DNA from: a virus
Lineage: Duplodnaviria > Caudoviricetes
DNA length: 64,000 bases
Reading direction: 5' to 3' (one strand)
Virus record (IMG/VR): IMGVR_UViG_3300035698_029580
Position 1 is the stretch's first letter. Each line of letters starts with the position of its first letter. A model generated the notes under the pieces. It saw nothing but the letters and a program-made list of their open reading frames with translations. It searched no databases and was not told where the DNA came from. Positions 29,513 to 39,324 of the stretch are shown here, one piece after another. A program made the translations under genes and the position numbers.

Positions 29513-29830
29513 ATGAAAAACTCAGTCAGAAAAGAAGTAGAACAATTAATTAATAAATTAGACTTAAATTGTTCAGTTGAAGAATTTCCTAATAAAGTTT
29601 GTTGGAATTATATTTCTATAAATCATAAATTATCAGAAGAATTTATAAAAGAATTTAAAAATAAAGTTTGGTGGTTTTTAATTTCAGAATTTCAAACTTT
29701 ATCAGAAGATTTCATTAGGGAATTTAAAGATAAAGTTGATTGGTATAATATTTCTCAATATCAAACTTTATCAGAAGAATTTATAAAGGAGAACCAATAT
29801 GGATTATACCCCTATCAACGAGAATTTTGA
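29513..29830 (+). CDS. Trp-repeat family protein
   Basis: LNCSVEEF leader plus three repeats. Confidence 0.8.
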   Translation: MKNSVRKEVEQLINKLDLNCSVEEFPNKVCWNYISINHKLSEEFIKEFKNKVWWFLISEFQTLSEDFIREFKDKVDWYNISQYQTLSEEFIKENQYGLYPYQREF

Positions 29831-30243
29831 AGATTGGTCAATTGATTGCCAAGATTTTTTGACAGAAGAGGAAGTAAGTAAAATAAGAAAATGTACAGTT
29901 GAAGTTTTAACTAGTATATTTAATAGAGAAAAAGATCCTATTCGTAGAACTGTTTTAATGCAAGTCTTTAAAGACAGGACAGTTGCAGAAATAGTAAAAG
30001 TTTATGAGATAGGATTTATAAAAGCAAAGAAACATCATTATTATGAAAAATTGAAGAGATTAAAAGAAGAAAGAGAGAGGGAAGAAGAAAAATTTCCATG
30101 TGGCAAAAAAATGACAAGAGGAGAAGTAATAGAATATGTTCAGAAGAAATCAAAAGATAAAGAAAAAGAGAGAAAATTAGAAAATGAGTTGTATTATTGG
30201 AAAGAAAAGGAAAATGAAATAGAAGAATAAAGGGTTTAATACT

Positions 30244-30462
30244 ATGCAAAAAAGTAGAATAGCATATATCCTTCTTGGTATATTCTTGGGGGGATTAGGA
30301 ATTCATAATTTTTATGCAGGATATATAGGTAGAGGATTATCTCAGATTCTTATTAATTTATTTTTTGGTTGGTTAGTTTTTCCTGTTTTAATGATATTTA
30401 TATGGAATATTGTTGAAGTATGTGTTGTGACGAGAGATTCTCAAGGTGTACCTTTTGCGTGA
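30244..30462 (+). CDS. TM2-domain membrane protein
   Basis: KSRIAYILLGIFLGGLGIHNFYAG. Confidence 0.88.
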   Translation: MQKSRIAYILLGIFLGGLGIHNFYAGYIGRGLSQILINLFFGWLVFPVLMIFIWNIVEVCVVTRDSQGVPFA

Positions 30463-30470
30463 TTTATAAA

Positions 30471-30543
30471 CGGTTCGTAGCTCAGTTGGTAGAGAATCGG
30501 ATTCTTAATCCGAAAGGCGTAGGTCCAAATCCTACCAGGGCTA
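30471..30543 (+). tRNA. tRNA-Lys(CUU), irregular acceptor stem
   Basis: TCGGA-TTCTTAA-TCCGA; acceptor pairing imperfect. Confidence 0.7.
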
Positions 30544-30548
30544 TATTA

Positions 30549-30619
30549 GGGAGATTAGTTCAACGGTAGAACTTTCAGCTTATATCTGAAGAACAATGGT
30601 TCAACTCCATTATCTCCTA
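30549..30619 (+). tRNA. tRNA-Ile(UAU)
   Basis: TTCAG-CTTATAT-CTGAA. Confidence 0.82.
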
Positions 30620-30880
30620 TTGAAAAAGAACTATTTAATAAAGATAATTAAAAATGAATGAAGACGAACGTCAAGAAAAGATGAGGCAAGGTAAAATTCG
30701 AGAAAATTGTTGCAATAATTATAATAATGGATATGATGTTGGTTATGTAGATGCATTAAGATTATTTGCATATTGGAAGGATGGAGTTCAATACGTTGGG
30801 ACACGTGGAACAACATTAAAAGAAGCAATTAAAGAATTTGAAGAAAAAAGAAAGTAATAGTTCTTTTTTAGGAAAAAATT

Positions 30881-31285
30881 ATGGAAAAAATTAAAAATTT
30901 AAATTATCAGGAATTAATAGAAATTATGGTACCTCGTCCTATTAATTCAGTTAGCCAATATAAAAAAGCAATGAAAATTATAGATTCATTATCAGTAAGA
31001 GATGATCTTAATCGTGATGAAGAAGATTATTTATACGTATTAGCAATGCTTGTAGGAAAATATGAAGATGTTAATTATTCTATGAAAGATGAACCCATTG
31101 ATACTATTGAGATGTTAAAATTTTTACTTGAACAAAACAGTATGAAGCCGTCAGATTTAGGTAATCTCTTTGGTGACAAGAAGTTAGGTGTTAAAATTCT
31201 CAAACGTCAATATAATCTCAGTGAAAGAGATATTAAGGTGTTATCAAAACATTTTTATGTAGATAAAAAATTATTTTCAGGGTAA
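30881..31285 (+). CDS. HigA-like HTH antitoxin (orphan)
   Basis: PRPI...Y..A...L..L...YE, then MLKFLLEQNSMKPSDL...LS...IKVLS.HF. Confidence 0.78.
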   Translation: MEKIKNLNYQELIEIMVPRPINSVSQYKKAMKIIDSLSVRDDLNRDEEDYLYVLAMLVGKYEDVNYSMKDEPIDTIEMLKFLLEQNSMKPSDLGNLFGDKKLGVKILKRQYNLSERDIKVLSKHFYVDKKLFSG

Positions 31286-31330
31286 AATTAATTTTCCAGC
31301 ATTATATAGAAGAAGAGATATAGAATAAAA

Positions 31331-31406
31331 GGGCCTGTAGCTCAGTCTGGTTTAGAGCAGAAAACTCATAATTTTAAGGTCGCAGGTTCAAATCCTGCCG
31401 GGCCCA
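31331..31406 (+). tRNA. tRNA-CAU (Ile2- or Met-type)
   Basis: loop CTCATAA; acceptor GGGCCTG. Confidence 0.88.
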
Positions 31407-31466
31407 GGAATAATGTTGATATGTTAATTTTCCAGCATTATAATAATTGATAGTATAAGATAATGA

Positions 31467-31542
31467 GGGCCCTTAGCTCAGGTTTGGTTAGAGCAATTGC
31501 CTTTTAAGCAATGGGTCCCCGGTTCGAGTCCGGGAGGGCCCA
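31467..31542 (+). tRNA. tRNA-Lys(UUU)
   Basis: ATTGC-CTTTTAA-GCAAT. Confidence 0.92.
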
Positions 31543-31857
31543 TTATGGAAAATAAAAAATTATATTATACTGGTGGGATGTCAAAGGAAGATTTTTTTAA
31601 AAAAATAGAAGGAAATGGTGGATGGCCACTTGATAAAAGATATGTATCAGTTTTTCATACAGTCGATATAAAAAGAGAATGTAGTTTTGATAATAAATCA
31701 TTAAGAAATGAATGGTGGACAACTCTTTATGATGTTGATGATTATTTATGGTGGAAGATGAGTCCTGAGGGGAAGAAAAAATTTGTTAAACAAGAGAATG
31801 AATCACTGAGAGATAAATTAAGAGCTTTTGTAAGAAGCAATTTTTAAATCAATAATT

Positions 31858-31949
31858 AACGTGATTATTGAGAAAGCATGATGTGTGATATCCGATGGAG
31901 TCACAGAGAGTATACTATGGGGTAAAAGCCCTCATTCGTCGGTGTTTTT
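31858..31949 (+). ncRNA. unassigned structured RNA, copy 1
   Basis: shares AACGTG..ATTGAGAAAGCAYGA and TGRGGTAARAGYCCT blocks with copy 2. Confidence 0.55.
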
Positions 31950-31990
31950 AAAAATAAGAATAAAATATAAAATCAATGTATATGGTATAT

Positions 31991-32083
31991 AACGTGTACA
32001 ATTGAGAAAGCACGAAATTTGGGTAGGGCTGAGCCAAATATAAGTAATCGTGAGGTAAGAGTCCTAACTTAGCTCGGTTTTTT
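31991..32083 (+). ncRNA. unassigned structured RNA, copy 2
   Basis: middle stem ATTTGG/CCAAAT replaces TGTGA/TCACA of copy 1. Confidence 0.55.
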
Positions 32084-32514
32084 AAAGGTAAAAATAATGG
32101 ACAAAAATGAAATTAATGAGGATTATCCAACAACTAATCCTGTGAAAGGATTGTCTCTAACATTATATCCAATTAGAGGAGAGAGTCAAGAGGAGATAGT
32201 CAACAGACGGAGAAAAAAGAGAGAAATGGATAATAAATCTAAAACAGAATTATTAGAAGGAGAAATTTTAATGGAAATTATTAAGAAAGATATTTTTTGT
32301 GAACAATGGCGTGAGTATGATTTTGGTGGTAGAATATATCGTATCAAAGAGCCTATGTTTTTATTTGTGAGAGAGGGAGGATCAACACATCGAGTTGTTG
32401 ATATATATGGTATCGTACATTGTGTTCCGGCTCCAGGTCATCATGGGTGTATATTAAGATGGGAAAGTAAAGATATAGATAATCCTGTTAAATTTTAATT
32501 AAGGAGAAATTGAA

Positions 32515-32823
32515 ATGAATGATAAACCTGACATTCCTGTAGAAAATGATTATTCTAGTGAAGCAGATGAAAGTGAATTATTAAAAGGAATTACTTATTT
32601 ATTAAATACTACTTGTGCAGAAAATGCAAGTGATACACCTGATTTTATTTTGGCAGAATTTTTACTAGATTGTTTATCTGCTTTTAATAAATCTGTTAAC
32701 AGAAGAAATAAATGGTATAAACCTAATGAAACAACTATGAAGACTTTTGAAGAAACTGATGAAGGTAAAAATTTGCATAAAGCAAATAATGTAGGAGAAC
32801 TTTTTGAGGAACTTGATAATTAA
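32515..32823 (+). CDS. hypothetical protein with RelB/DinJ-like C-terminal tail
   Basis: PNETTMKTFEETDEGKNLHKANNVGELFEEL tail. Confidence 0.45.
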   Translation: MNDKPDIPVENDYSSEADESELLKGITYLLNTTCAENASDTPDFILAEFLLDCLSAFNKSVNRRNKWYKPNETTMKTFEETDEGKNLHKANNVGELFEELDN

Positions 32824-32830
32824 AAATTTT

Positions 32831-32923
32831 GGGAGATGTTCCTATCGAAAGACTGTAAATCTTTTGCCCGTTATAATTTAATGATAGGTGGTTGGGCAGG
32901 TAGTTCAATTCTTCCATCTCCCA
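32831..32923 (+). tRNA. D-armless tRNA-Tyr(GUA)-like gene with enlarged variable arm
   Basis: GGGAGATG/CATCTCCC acceptor, AAAGA-CTGTAAA-TCTTT, TGCCC/GGGCA arm, TTCAATT T loop. Confidence 0.65.
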
Positions 32924-32925
32924 TT

Positions 32926-32998
32926 GTGGCTGTAGCTCAATTGGTTAGAGTATCTGGTTGTGATCCAGAGTGTCCGAATTCGAATTTCGGCAGCCACC
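32926..32998 (+). tRNA. tRNA-His(GUG)
   Basis: TCTGG-TTGTGAT-CCAGA; C73; no encoded G-1. Confidence 0.88.
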
Positions 32999-33000
32999 GT

Positions 33001-33110
33001 TAAGGCAAATTATCTCCTTATCCGCCCTGATGAGAGACAAAGGCACCGATAGGACTTGGGCAAACACATAGTCCAGGGTTGTGAACAGTCGTGAGTAATA
33101 ATTTGCCTTA
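33001..33110 (+). ncRNA. unassigned structured RNA between tRNA-His and tRNA-Cys
   Basis: 13-bp terminal stem TAAGGCAAATTAT/ATAATTTGCCTTA with GC-rich interior. Confidence 0.5.
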
Positions 33111-33113
33111 TTT

Positions 33114-33185
33114 GGCCAAGTAGTCGAGTGGTACAGACAGTGGTTTGCAAAACCATGCACGTTGGTTCGAATCCAACCTTGGCCT
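33114..33185 (+). tRNA. tRNA-Cys(GCA)
   Basis: GTGGT-TTGCAAA-ACCAT; U73. Confidence 0.9.
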
Positions 33186-33311
33186 TTTTGCTAATTTTTA
33201 GCTCATTTTTTGCCCATTTTTTTATTTTCCAGCATTATATGATATAATGTAATAGAGTGTAGAGTAAATGTTACTAAATGATGTAAGTTGTTGTAAATTA
33301 GGAGTTTAGAG

Positions 33312-33977
33312 ATGGCTGAAGAAAAAAAAGTTGGTCGTAGAGGCAAAAAGTTATGTCCATCGTGTGATGAACAAGTTGGAGCCAGGACGTGTGAATGTGT
33401 TTGTGGGCATGTATTTAAGGCTCGTAAAGGTCCTCCTCCTAAGACTAAAGATCCTAATGTACGAGTATCTTCTAGGGGGAAACAATTTTGTCCATCCTGT
33501 GATAAAGAAGTTGGTATCCGGGCTGCTGAGTGTGAGTGTGGACATATTTTTTATGAAAGAAAAACTCCTAAGAAGGTAGCATCTAAGACTTCCCGTAAGA
33601 AAACATGTCCTGATTGTCAAAAGCAATATGGTTTTAGTCAATATAAATGTGAGTGTGGATATAATTTTACACTTCGTATGAATGTAGAGAAGGCAAAAGC
33701 AGCCAGGGAAGCCAAGAAGTTAGAATCAGTTTCAGAAGAAAAAACTAAGAAATCTGAGATAAATGAGAAGAGGCAAGCAATTTTATCTGGTCCTGATATT
33801 CTTGTTGGAGAAGGTCATGAAGAAAAGAAAATGACTAAGCAGGAACATGCCGAGAGAATATTGGGATTAGGTAAGAAGAGAGCATCTAATTTGTTAAGAA
33901 TTAGTACAAAGAATAATTATTGGGCTCATGTTGATTGGAATTATGTAAGAGAGCAATTGGGTGTAACAAATGGATAA
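33312..33977 (+). CDS. triple zinc-ribbon basic protein
   Basis: three CPxC...CxCG repeats. Confidence 0.75.
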   Translation: MAEEKKVGRRGKKLCPSCDEQVGARTCECVCGHVFKARKGPPPKTKDPNVRVSSRGKQFCPSCDKEVGIRAAECECGHIFYERKTPKKVASKTSRKKTCPDCQKQYGFSQYKCECGYNFTLRMNVEKAKAAREAKKLESVSEEKTKKSEINEKRQAILSGPDILVGEGHEEKKMTKQEHAERILGLGKKRASNLLRISTKNNYWAHVDWNYVREQLGVTNG

Positions 33978-34668
33978 AAAAAAATTAAAAGAATTAAAAA
34001 AAATGTCATTAAGAAATGGGGCTGATCTAGATCAGTTTTGGGCTGAGGTGAGAGACAAAGAAGATAATTTATCTAAAATTTTTGAGAATGGACCTCGTAG
34101 TGAAGATGATATAATTTTATTGAGACAAGTTGCGGGTCTTATTATAGCAGAGATAAATTATAGAAAAGCTGAGGAATGTCGCTTGCAGTCAGGAAACTAA
34201 TAATGAATGAAAGAATGAAGAAAATAGAAGACGAAATGTTAAAAATTTCTTCTAATAGTGATCAACTTTTTGCTGCTTTCTCAAGTAAAAAAAATATATT
34301 AAAGAAAATAGCAGAAAATGGGATTAACGGACAAGACGATGAAACATTATGTAGATCAGTTATTTATTATTTATTGGGGGAAATAGAGATAAGAAGAGCA
34401 GAAATAAGTATTATTAATTTGAAGAATGAATTAAAAGATGGATAAAGATAAAAAAGAATTAAATAATTTACATTTACAAAATATTTCTTCTTTAGATCGT
34501 CTTTGGGCTCTTATGAGAGATAAAGAAGATGAATTAAAAAAGATACTGGATAATGGACCTAAAAATAAAGATGATTTAATTTTGGTTAAAAGTGTTTTAT
34601 GTCTTGTTTTGGCAGAGGTTAATTTTAAAAAGGCTGAACAACTTCGTGTTGAGTTAGGAAAAGAGTAG
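33970..34668 (+). other. three tandem paralogous small ORFs (33970-34200, 34203-34445, 34438-34668)
   Basis: shared D.LW...DK...L.KI..NG....DD...L...EI..R.AE pattern. Confidence 0.7.
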
Positions 34669-34681
34669 GATTGGTGAAATT

Positions 34682-34753
34682 GCCCCAGTGGTATAATGGT
34701 TAAAATATTAGCCTTCCAAGCTAAAGATGAGGGTTCGATTCCCTTCTGGGGCT
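34682..34753 (+). tRNA. tRNA-Gly(UCC)
   Basis: TTAGC-CTTCCAA-GCTAA; U73. Confidence 0.9.
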
Positions 34754-35905
34754 ATTATAAAAATATAAATTAGTATTTTTGGAGGAACAAATATGGATAT
34801 GGATTTGTCATTTTTTATATTATTGTGTTTATTTTGTTTTTGCTTTGGTTCTTTTTTGTGTGATATTTATTATAAATTAAAAAAAAGAAAAATACAAAAA
34901 GATATTTTAATACTTAAAAAAGAACTGGCAAACAGAAGAAAAGAAGTAAATTAATTAAAAAAAACTCAGAAAGAAAGAAATGATTAGATGTAAATATTGT
35001 AAATATTTTGAGAGGGGAAAATAATAAGATGAAGACAACGTATGCACACGATTGGGAGTTGCTGGGAGAAGAGAGGATAAGACGGTGGACAAACAGTTTT
35101 AAGCATACAGAACAAATAAAATCTCAAATTGAAGATCCACGAACAGTAAATTGTGAGATATTTTCATGGAAGAATGCCCCCTGTTTAGGAGGTCGTCATT
35201 ATTCTTTGAGAATCCAAGAGGAAAATAACCAATGGTGGTGTAATGATGAAAACTCTTGGGTAGAGATTAGTTGTGATAGCAATAATCGAGGCTTCTCACT
35301 AGAGGCAGAATGTAATAGTAGAGAGGAAGCTGAGGCTATACGAGACTTTGTAATTAACAGGGTATTTGGGAATCCAAGAACAAAAAAACGAAAAATGTGG
35401 AGGGTCGTTAATGATTAAATGTAAAGATTGTAAATATTTTGAAAGGGCAATGTGGCCTTCTTCTTTAGGAGGAGGAGAGCAATATGGCGGAAGTTGTCCA
35501 TTATTGCTTAAAGAATTGAAATTACACAATACTAACATCTTTTTCTGGGAAAAAATTTATATACAAGATACTTTTGGATGTATAATGGGAGTTGAGAAAT
35601 TAGAAATTTCTGAAACTGTTTTATATGGAATAGGTGATTATCTTGAAAATTATGGTTTATGTTTATTTTTGACTTATGAAAAAGAATTTTTAAAAAATGG
35701 GTATCAATCAGATACGTTTGAAGAAAATATATATAAGAAATTGAAATCTAAGGGTTTTTATGACGTAGGAGATGGTATTTGGGTGGGTGGATCTCGTGTT
35801 GAGAATATAAGAGATGATTATGAAAAAATAGTAGAAGCATTAGGATTTAAGTATAATAAAAAATTTGAAGAATTTGTATTAGATTGTGATGATGATTAAT
35901 AAGAT

Positions 35906-35984
35906 TGCGGGCGAGTGGAACGGATATATAAACCACACGTGGTTTATATCCACGTAATACCAGTTTCGACTACTGGGTTTGCTA
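35906..35984 (+). tRNA. atypical tRNA with UAU anticodon and unpaired 1:72
   Basis: CGTGG-TTTATAT-CCACG; TGCGGGC/GTTTGCT acceptor; long D-loop. Confidence 0.65.
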
Positions 35985-35989
35985 TTTAC

Positions 35990-36072
35990 AGTGGAATATG
36001 CAAGTGGCTAAAGCAGAAACCCTCATAAGGTTTTGGAGAAATCCTTCCCAGGTTCAAATCCTGGTTCCACTA
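35990..36072 (+). tRNA. tRNA-Met(CAU) with long variable arm
   Basis: AAACC-CTCATAA-GGTTT; GGA-GAAA-TCC variable stem. Confidence 0.82.
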
Positions 36073-36086
36073 GGATCATAAATTTA

Positions 36087-36158
36087 GGTGGTTTAGCTGA
36101 GTTGGATTAGCGGTGTCTTGAAGCGGCACAGAGTCAGGTCCGAATCCTGAAACCACCA
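36087..36158 (+). tRNA. tRNA-Phe(GAA)
   Basis: GTGTC-TTGAAGC-GGCAC. Confidence 0.85.
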
Positions 36159-36616
36159 TTTTTTAGGAAAAAATATGTGTCAAAAATGTATTGATGCTGT
36201 AAAAGAGACATGGAAAGATTTACCAGAAGAAAATTATAGTGATTTATTAGTGGGAGCTACAGCTTTTCCCTGTAGTGGTCCAGAGGAAACAAGAAAGCAA
36301 TTGATAGAGATAGGAAAAAAGAGTAATTATAATTTAGAATTAGCTTTAGCAATTATTGATACTGAAACAGAAAAGCAAATGAGAGAAGGGGTTGATGAAT
36401 CTAAAATACCTAAGAGGAAGTTAAGGCAAATTAAATATACTGCTCGTTTTGCACGAGAAGCAAAGGATATAGGAATTAATTTAGACAAAGAGAAGTTAAG
36501 GCAAATTAAATATTCTGAGCAATTTGTACGAGAGGCAAAGGATATGGGGGTTAAGTTAAAAGATGAATAGAAAAATTATTTTTTATTTTATAATATATAC
36601 ATTATTATTGATGTGA

Positions 36617-36698
36617 ACTCCCATGATGGAATAGGTAGACATGATAGATTTAGAATCTATTGCCGCAAGGCGTACTGGTTCGACTCCAGTTGGGAGTA
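36617..36698 (+). tRNA. tRNA-Leu(UAG)
   Basis: ATAGA-TTTAGAA-TCTAT; GCC-GCAA-GGC variable arm. Confidence 0.9.
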
Positions 36699-38272
36699 TT
36701 TATTAGCATAGTAATAATATCACTTGATATAAGTGATACAAGTGCTTTCATAATTTTCCAGCATTATAAAAAATTGGAGAATAAAGAAGAAACACGGGAT
36801 AATAAAAAAGAAAGAAAGGTGAAGTGATGGCAAAAATAGAGTTTATTAAAAATGTACACGATCAATATAAGTATGATATGGTGTTGACTACAACTATTCC
36901 AAAAACAGGTAAAGAGATAAAAACCACCATGGCAACAGTTTTCTGTGATGAAATAGGTGAGGCAGGAGCAGATAATTACCAATATAATTCCGTTACTGGT
37001 AAAAAAGAATACCTGAAACAGATAAACGCTGAACTGGTTTTTTCAGCAATATAGTTGAGAGTTTATCTGCTTGTCCTTAATTTTCCAGCAAAATAAAAAT
37101 TTTAGGATAGTAAAATGAAGAAGGTACTATTAAGAAAAAGTGATTTTAAGTCAGATTTTAAATTTGATGAGATTGCAAATGTTGTAGGAGTCGATACTGC
37201 TTTTTCTAATAAAATAGTATTATTTGTTAAGGATTCAGTTGCCCTTTCTTCAACAGAGACAAATAAAGAGCAAATGAAAAAAATATTTGATAAAATAGAT
37301 ATGATGAATTTGACAGATGAATATGAAGTCCAGTGGAAAGATGAAAGAAGTTTATTTGAGAATAGAGAAAATAAAACTTTTTCTTCTAGAAAAGAGGCTA
37401 TTACTTATGTAAGGTATCAAATAGAAGATTTTGTACATATGCTAGATGATGGTGATGAAATAAAGATATTTGATACTAAAAAGTTAGTCTGTACTATTGT
37501 AAGAGTTGAAAAGAAAACAGATATAGAAGAAGAATTTCATAAAGCAATAACAGAGCCTGGGGATGTAGGTCTGAAAAATGAATAAATATAAAAAATTTAT
37601 GGATAAACATAAAATGTTTGATGTGTCATTGACTGATGTATTAGCAAAAGTAGAGGATAAGTTAAAGGGAAAAAAATTAAATAAAGAAAATTTGGAACAA
37701 GCTCTTACTGAAATGGAAGCAGAATATAAAAGAGAAAATGAGGCAGATTGGAAGAAAGTAAGAGGCAAAATAAGAAGAGATTTTATTATTCAATTGGTAA
37801 CATTTGTAGCATTGCTTGGAGTTATTGCAATGACAGTTTTTTTAGTATTGCAATAAAAATATTTGAAAATAGATTAGAAAAGGGAGTCTTATTATGAGAA
37901 AATTATCTGATATAAAGATTAATTTAAATGATTTTTATGAAGAAGTATTAAAAGAGCTAATGCAAAAAAGAGTAGGAATTAAATTAAAGGGAAAAGAATT
38001 AAATAAAGAAAATATGGAGCAAGCTATTGATGAGGTAATAGCAGAAGCCGAATTAGAAAATCAGGCAAATATGAGGGAACATGGTTTAACCATAGTAGAT
38101 GAGGCAGATATGAAGAAAGAGAATAAGCAGATAAGAAAGGAATGAATACAAAATATAATAGATACAATAGGATTTTGGTCTATTTTTATTGGTTCTATTG
38201 TTGTTTCTATATTGTTTGTTTATTTTGTTTTTCACTAAAATAAAAATCTTTGAAAATTGAATAGAGAAAAAT

Positions 38273-38586
38273 GCGGGTGTGGCGGAATTGGCAGACGCTG
38301 AAAGTTTTGGCGTCTAAAAATTGGGCAAAAACGGTGAAGGCTGAGATGCTAATATCGTGCTAAATAATCAGATTACGAAAGGCTGATTGTCAGTGTAGAG
38401 CATAGAAGGTGAATAAATATAATCCTTCCACGAGTGCCCAACAATCGAAAGATTGAAAATATATGCCGAGCTACAATAAAATCAAGTTGTAGAACTATGG
38501 GATAAAAAGCCTATAGGATAACATAACTGGGGGCCTTAAAAGCCCCTGCTCGTAAGAGCATGGAGGTTCAAATCCTCTCACCCGCA
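38273..38586 (+). tRNA. tRNA-Leu(UAA), exons 38273-38299 and 38530-38586
   Basis: joined exons give a canonical class II Leu cloverleaf with GGGGC-CTTAAAA-GCCCC. Confidence 0.88.
38300..38529 (+). mobile_element. group I intron (230 nt, no ORF)
   Basis: P1 GACGCT/GGCGTC with U:G at the 5' splice site, P3 TTGGGCA/TGCCCAA, P7 GCATA/TATGC, terminal G. Confidence 0.85.
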
Positions 38587-38716
38587 TTATTATTAACTTG
38601 ACAGAAATGGTATACATTTTTTATAAAGGAGTTTTCGTCATTATTCTGATTGATTAAGATAATTATTTTTCCAGCAAAATAATTATCTTAGCCTATAAGT
38701 AGAAAGGTATTAAAAA

Positions 38717-38944
38717 ATGGCAAAATTAATATGTCCTGAATGTGGTAGTAAAAAAGTAAATACTAGTATTAAGGATTATCCTTTTTTTTATGGAAAAAAG
38801 GGAAGTATTCAAATTGAATTAACTGCTTGTGATATTTTAGTAAGAAATTGTACAAATTGTGGTTTTAGTTTTATAGACGATGAAGCAGAAAAAATAATGG
38901 AAAAAGCAATTTCTGATTATTTGGAAAAAAAAAATGAAGATTAA
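38717..38944 (+). CDS. YgiT/MqsA-type zinc-finger protein
   Basis: CPECG...CTNCG followed by helix; no HTH. Confidence 0.7.
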   Translation: MAKLICPECGSKKVNTSIKDYPFFYGKKGSIQIELTACDILVRNCTNCGFSFIDDEAEKIMEKAISDYLEKKNED

Positions 38945-39324
38945 ATTGACGAGATTACAATCTAAAATATTAAGACATCAATTAGGGTTTTCAGATCGTT
39001 TAGCTGATGTGTTGGGTGATGAGTTTGGATTTTCGAGGGAAGATGTTGAAATTACTGCTAATTTGTTATTCATTAATTTAACCAATAAAGAAATAGATAT
39101 TTCTGAGGCAAACTCATTTAGTGAAAGTATTACTGAGGAAATATTAATTGAGTGTGTTGAAGATTCTACTTGGATAAGTTCTATGATGGAGAATGAGTCA
39201 GAAAGAAAAATTTCTGCTCATATTAGAAGTTTAGAAGATTTAACACAAAAAATAAAAGAGAGTACAGGACATAAGGTGATAAAATGTTAGTATTAAGTAG
39301 ACAAAAATAAATAATTTTTTTAAA

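Noticed and set aside
31497-31544. N-terminal part of ORF 31497-31847
   Set aside because: It lies within tRNA-Lys(UUU); the likely start is ATG 31545.
31858-32083. Pistol ribozyme identity for the tandem RNA motif
   Set aside because: P1 CGTG/CACG is similar, but the pistol loop pseudoknot and cleavage-site junction could not be placed, so it is left unassigned.
33026-33034. Hammerhead ribozyme suggested by CTGATGAG
   Set aside because: No correctly placed GAAA and no stem II/III pairing were found.
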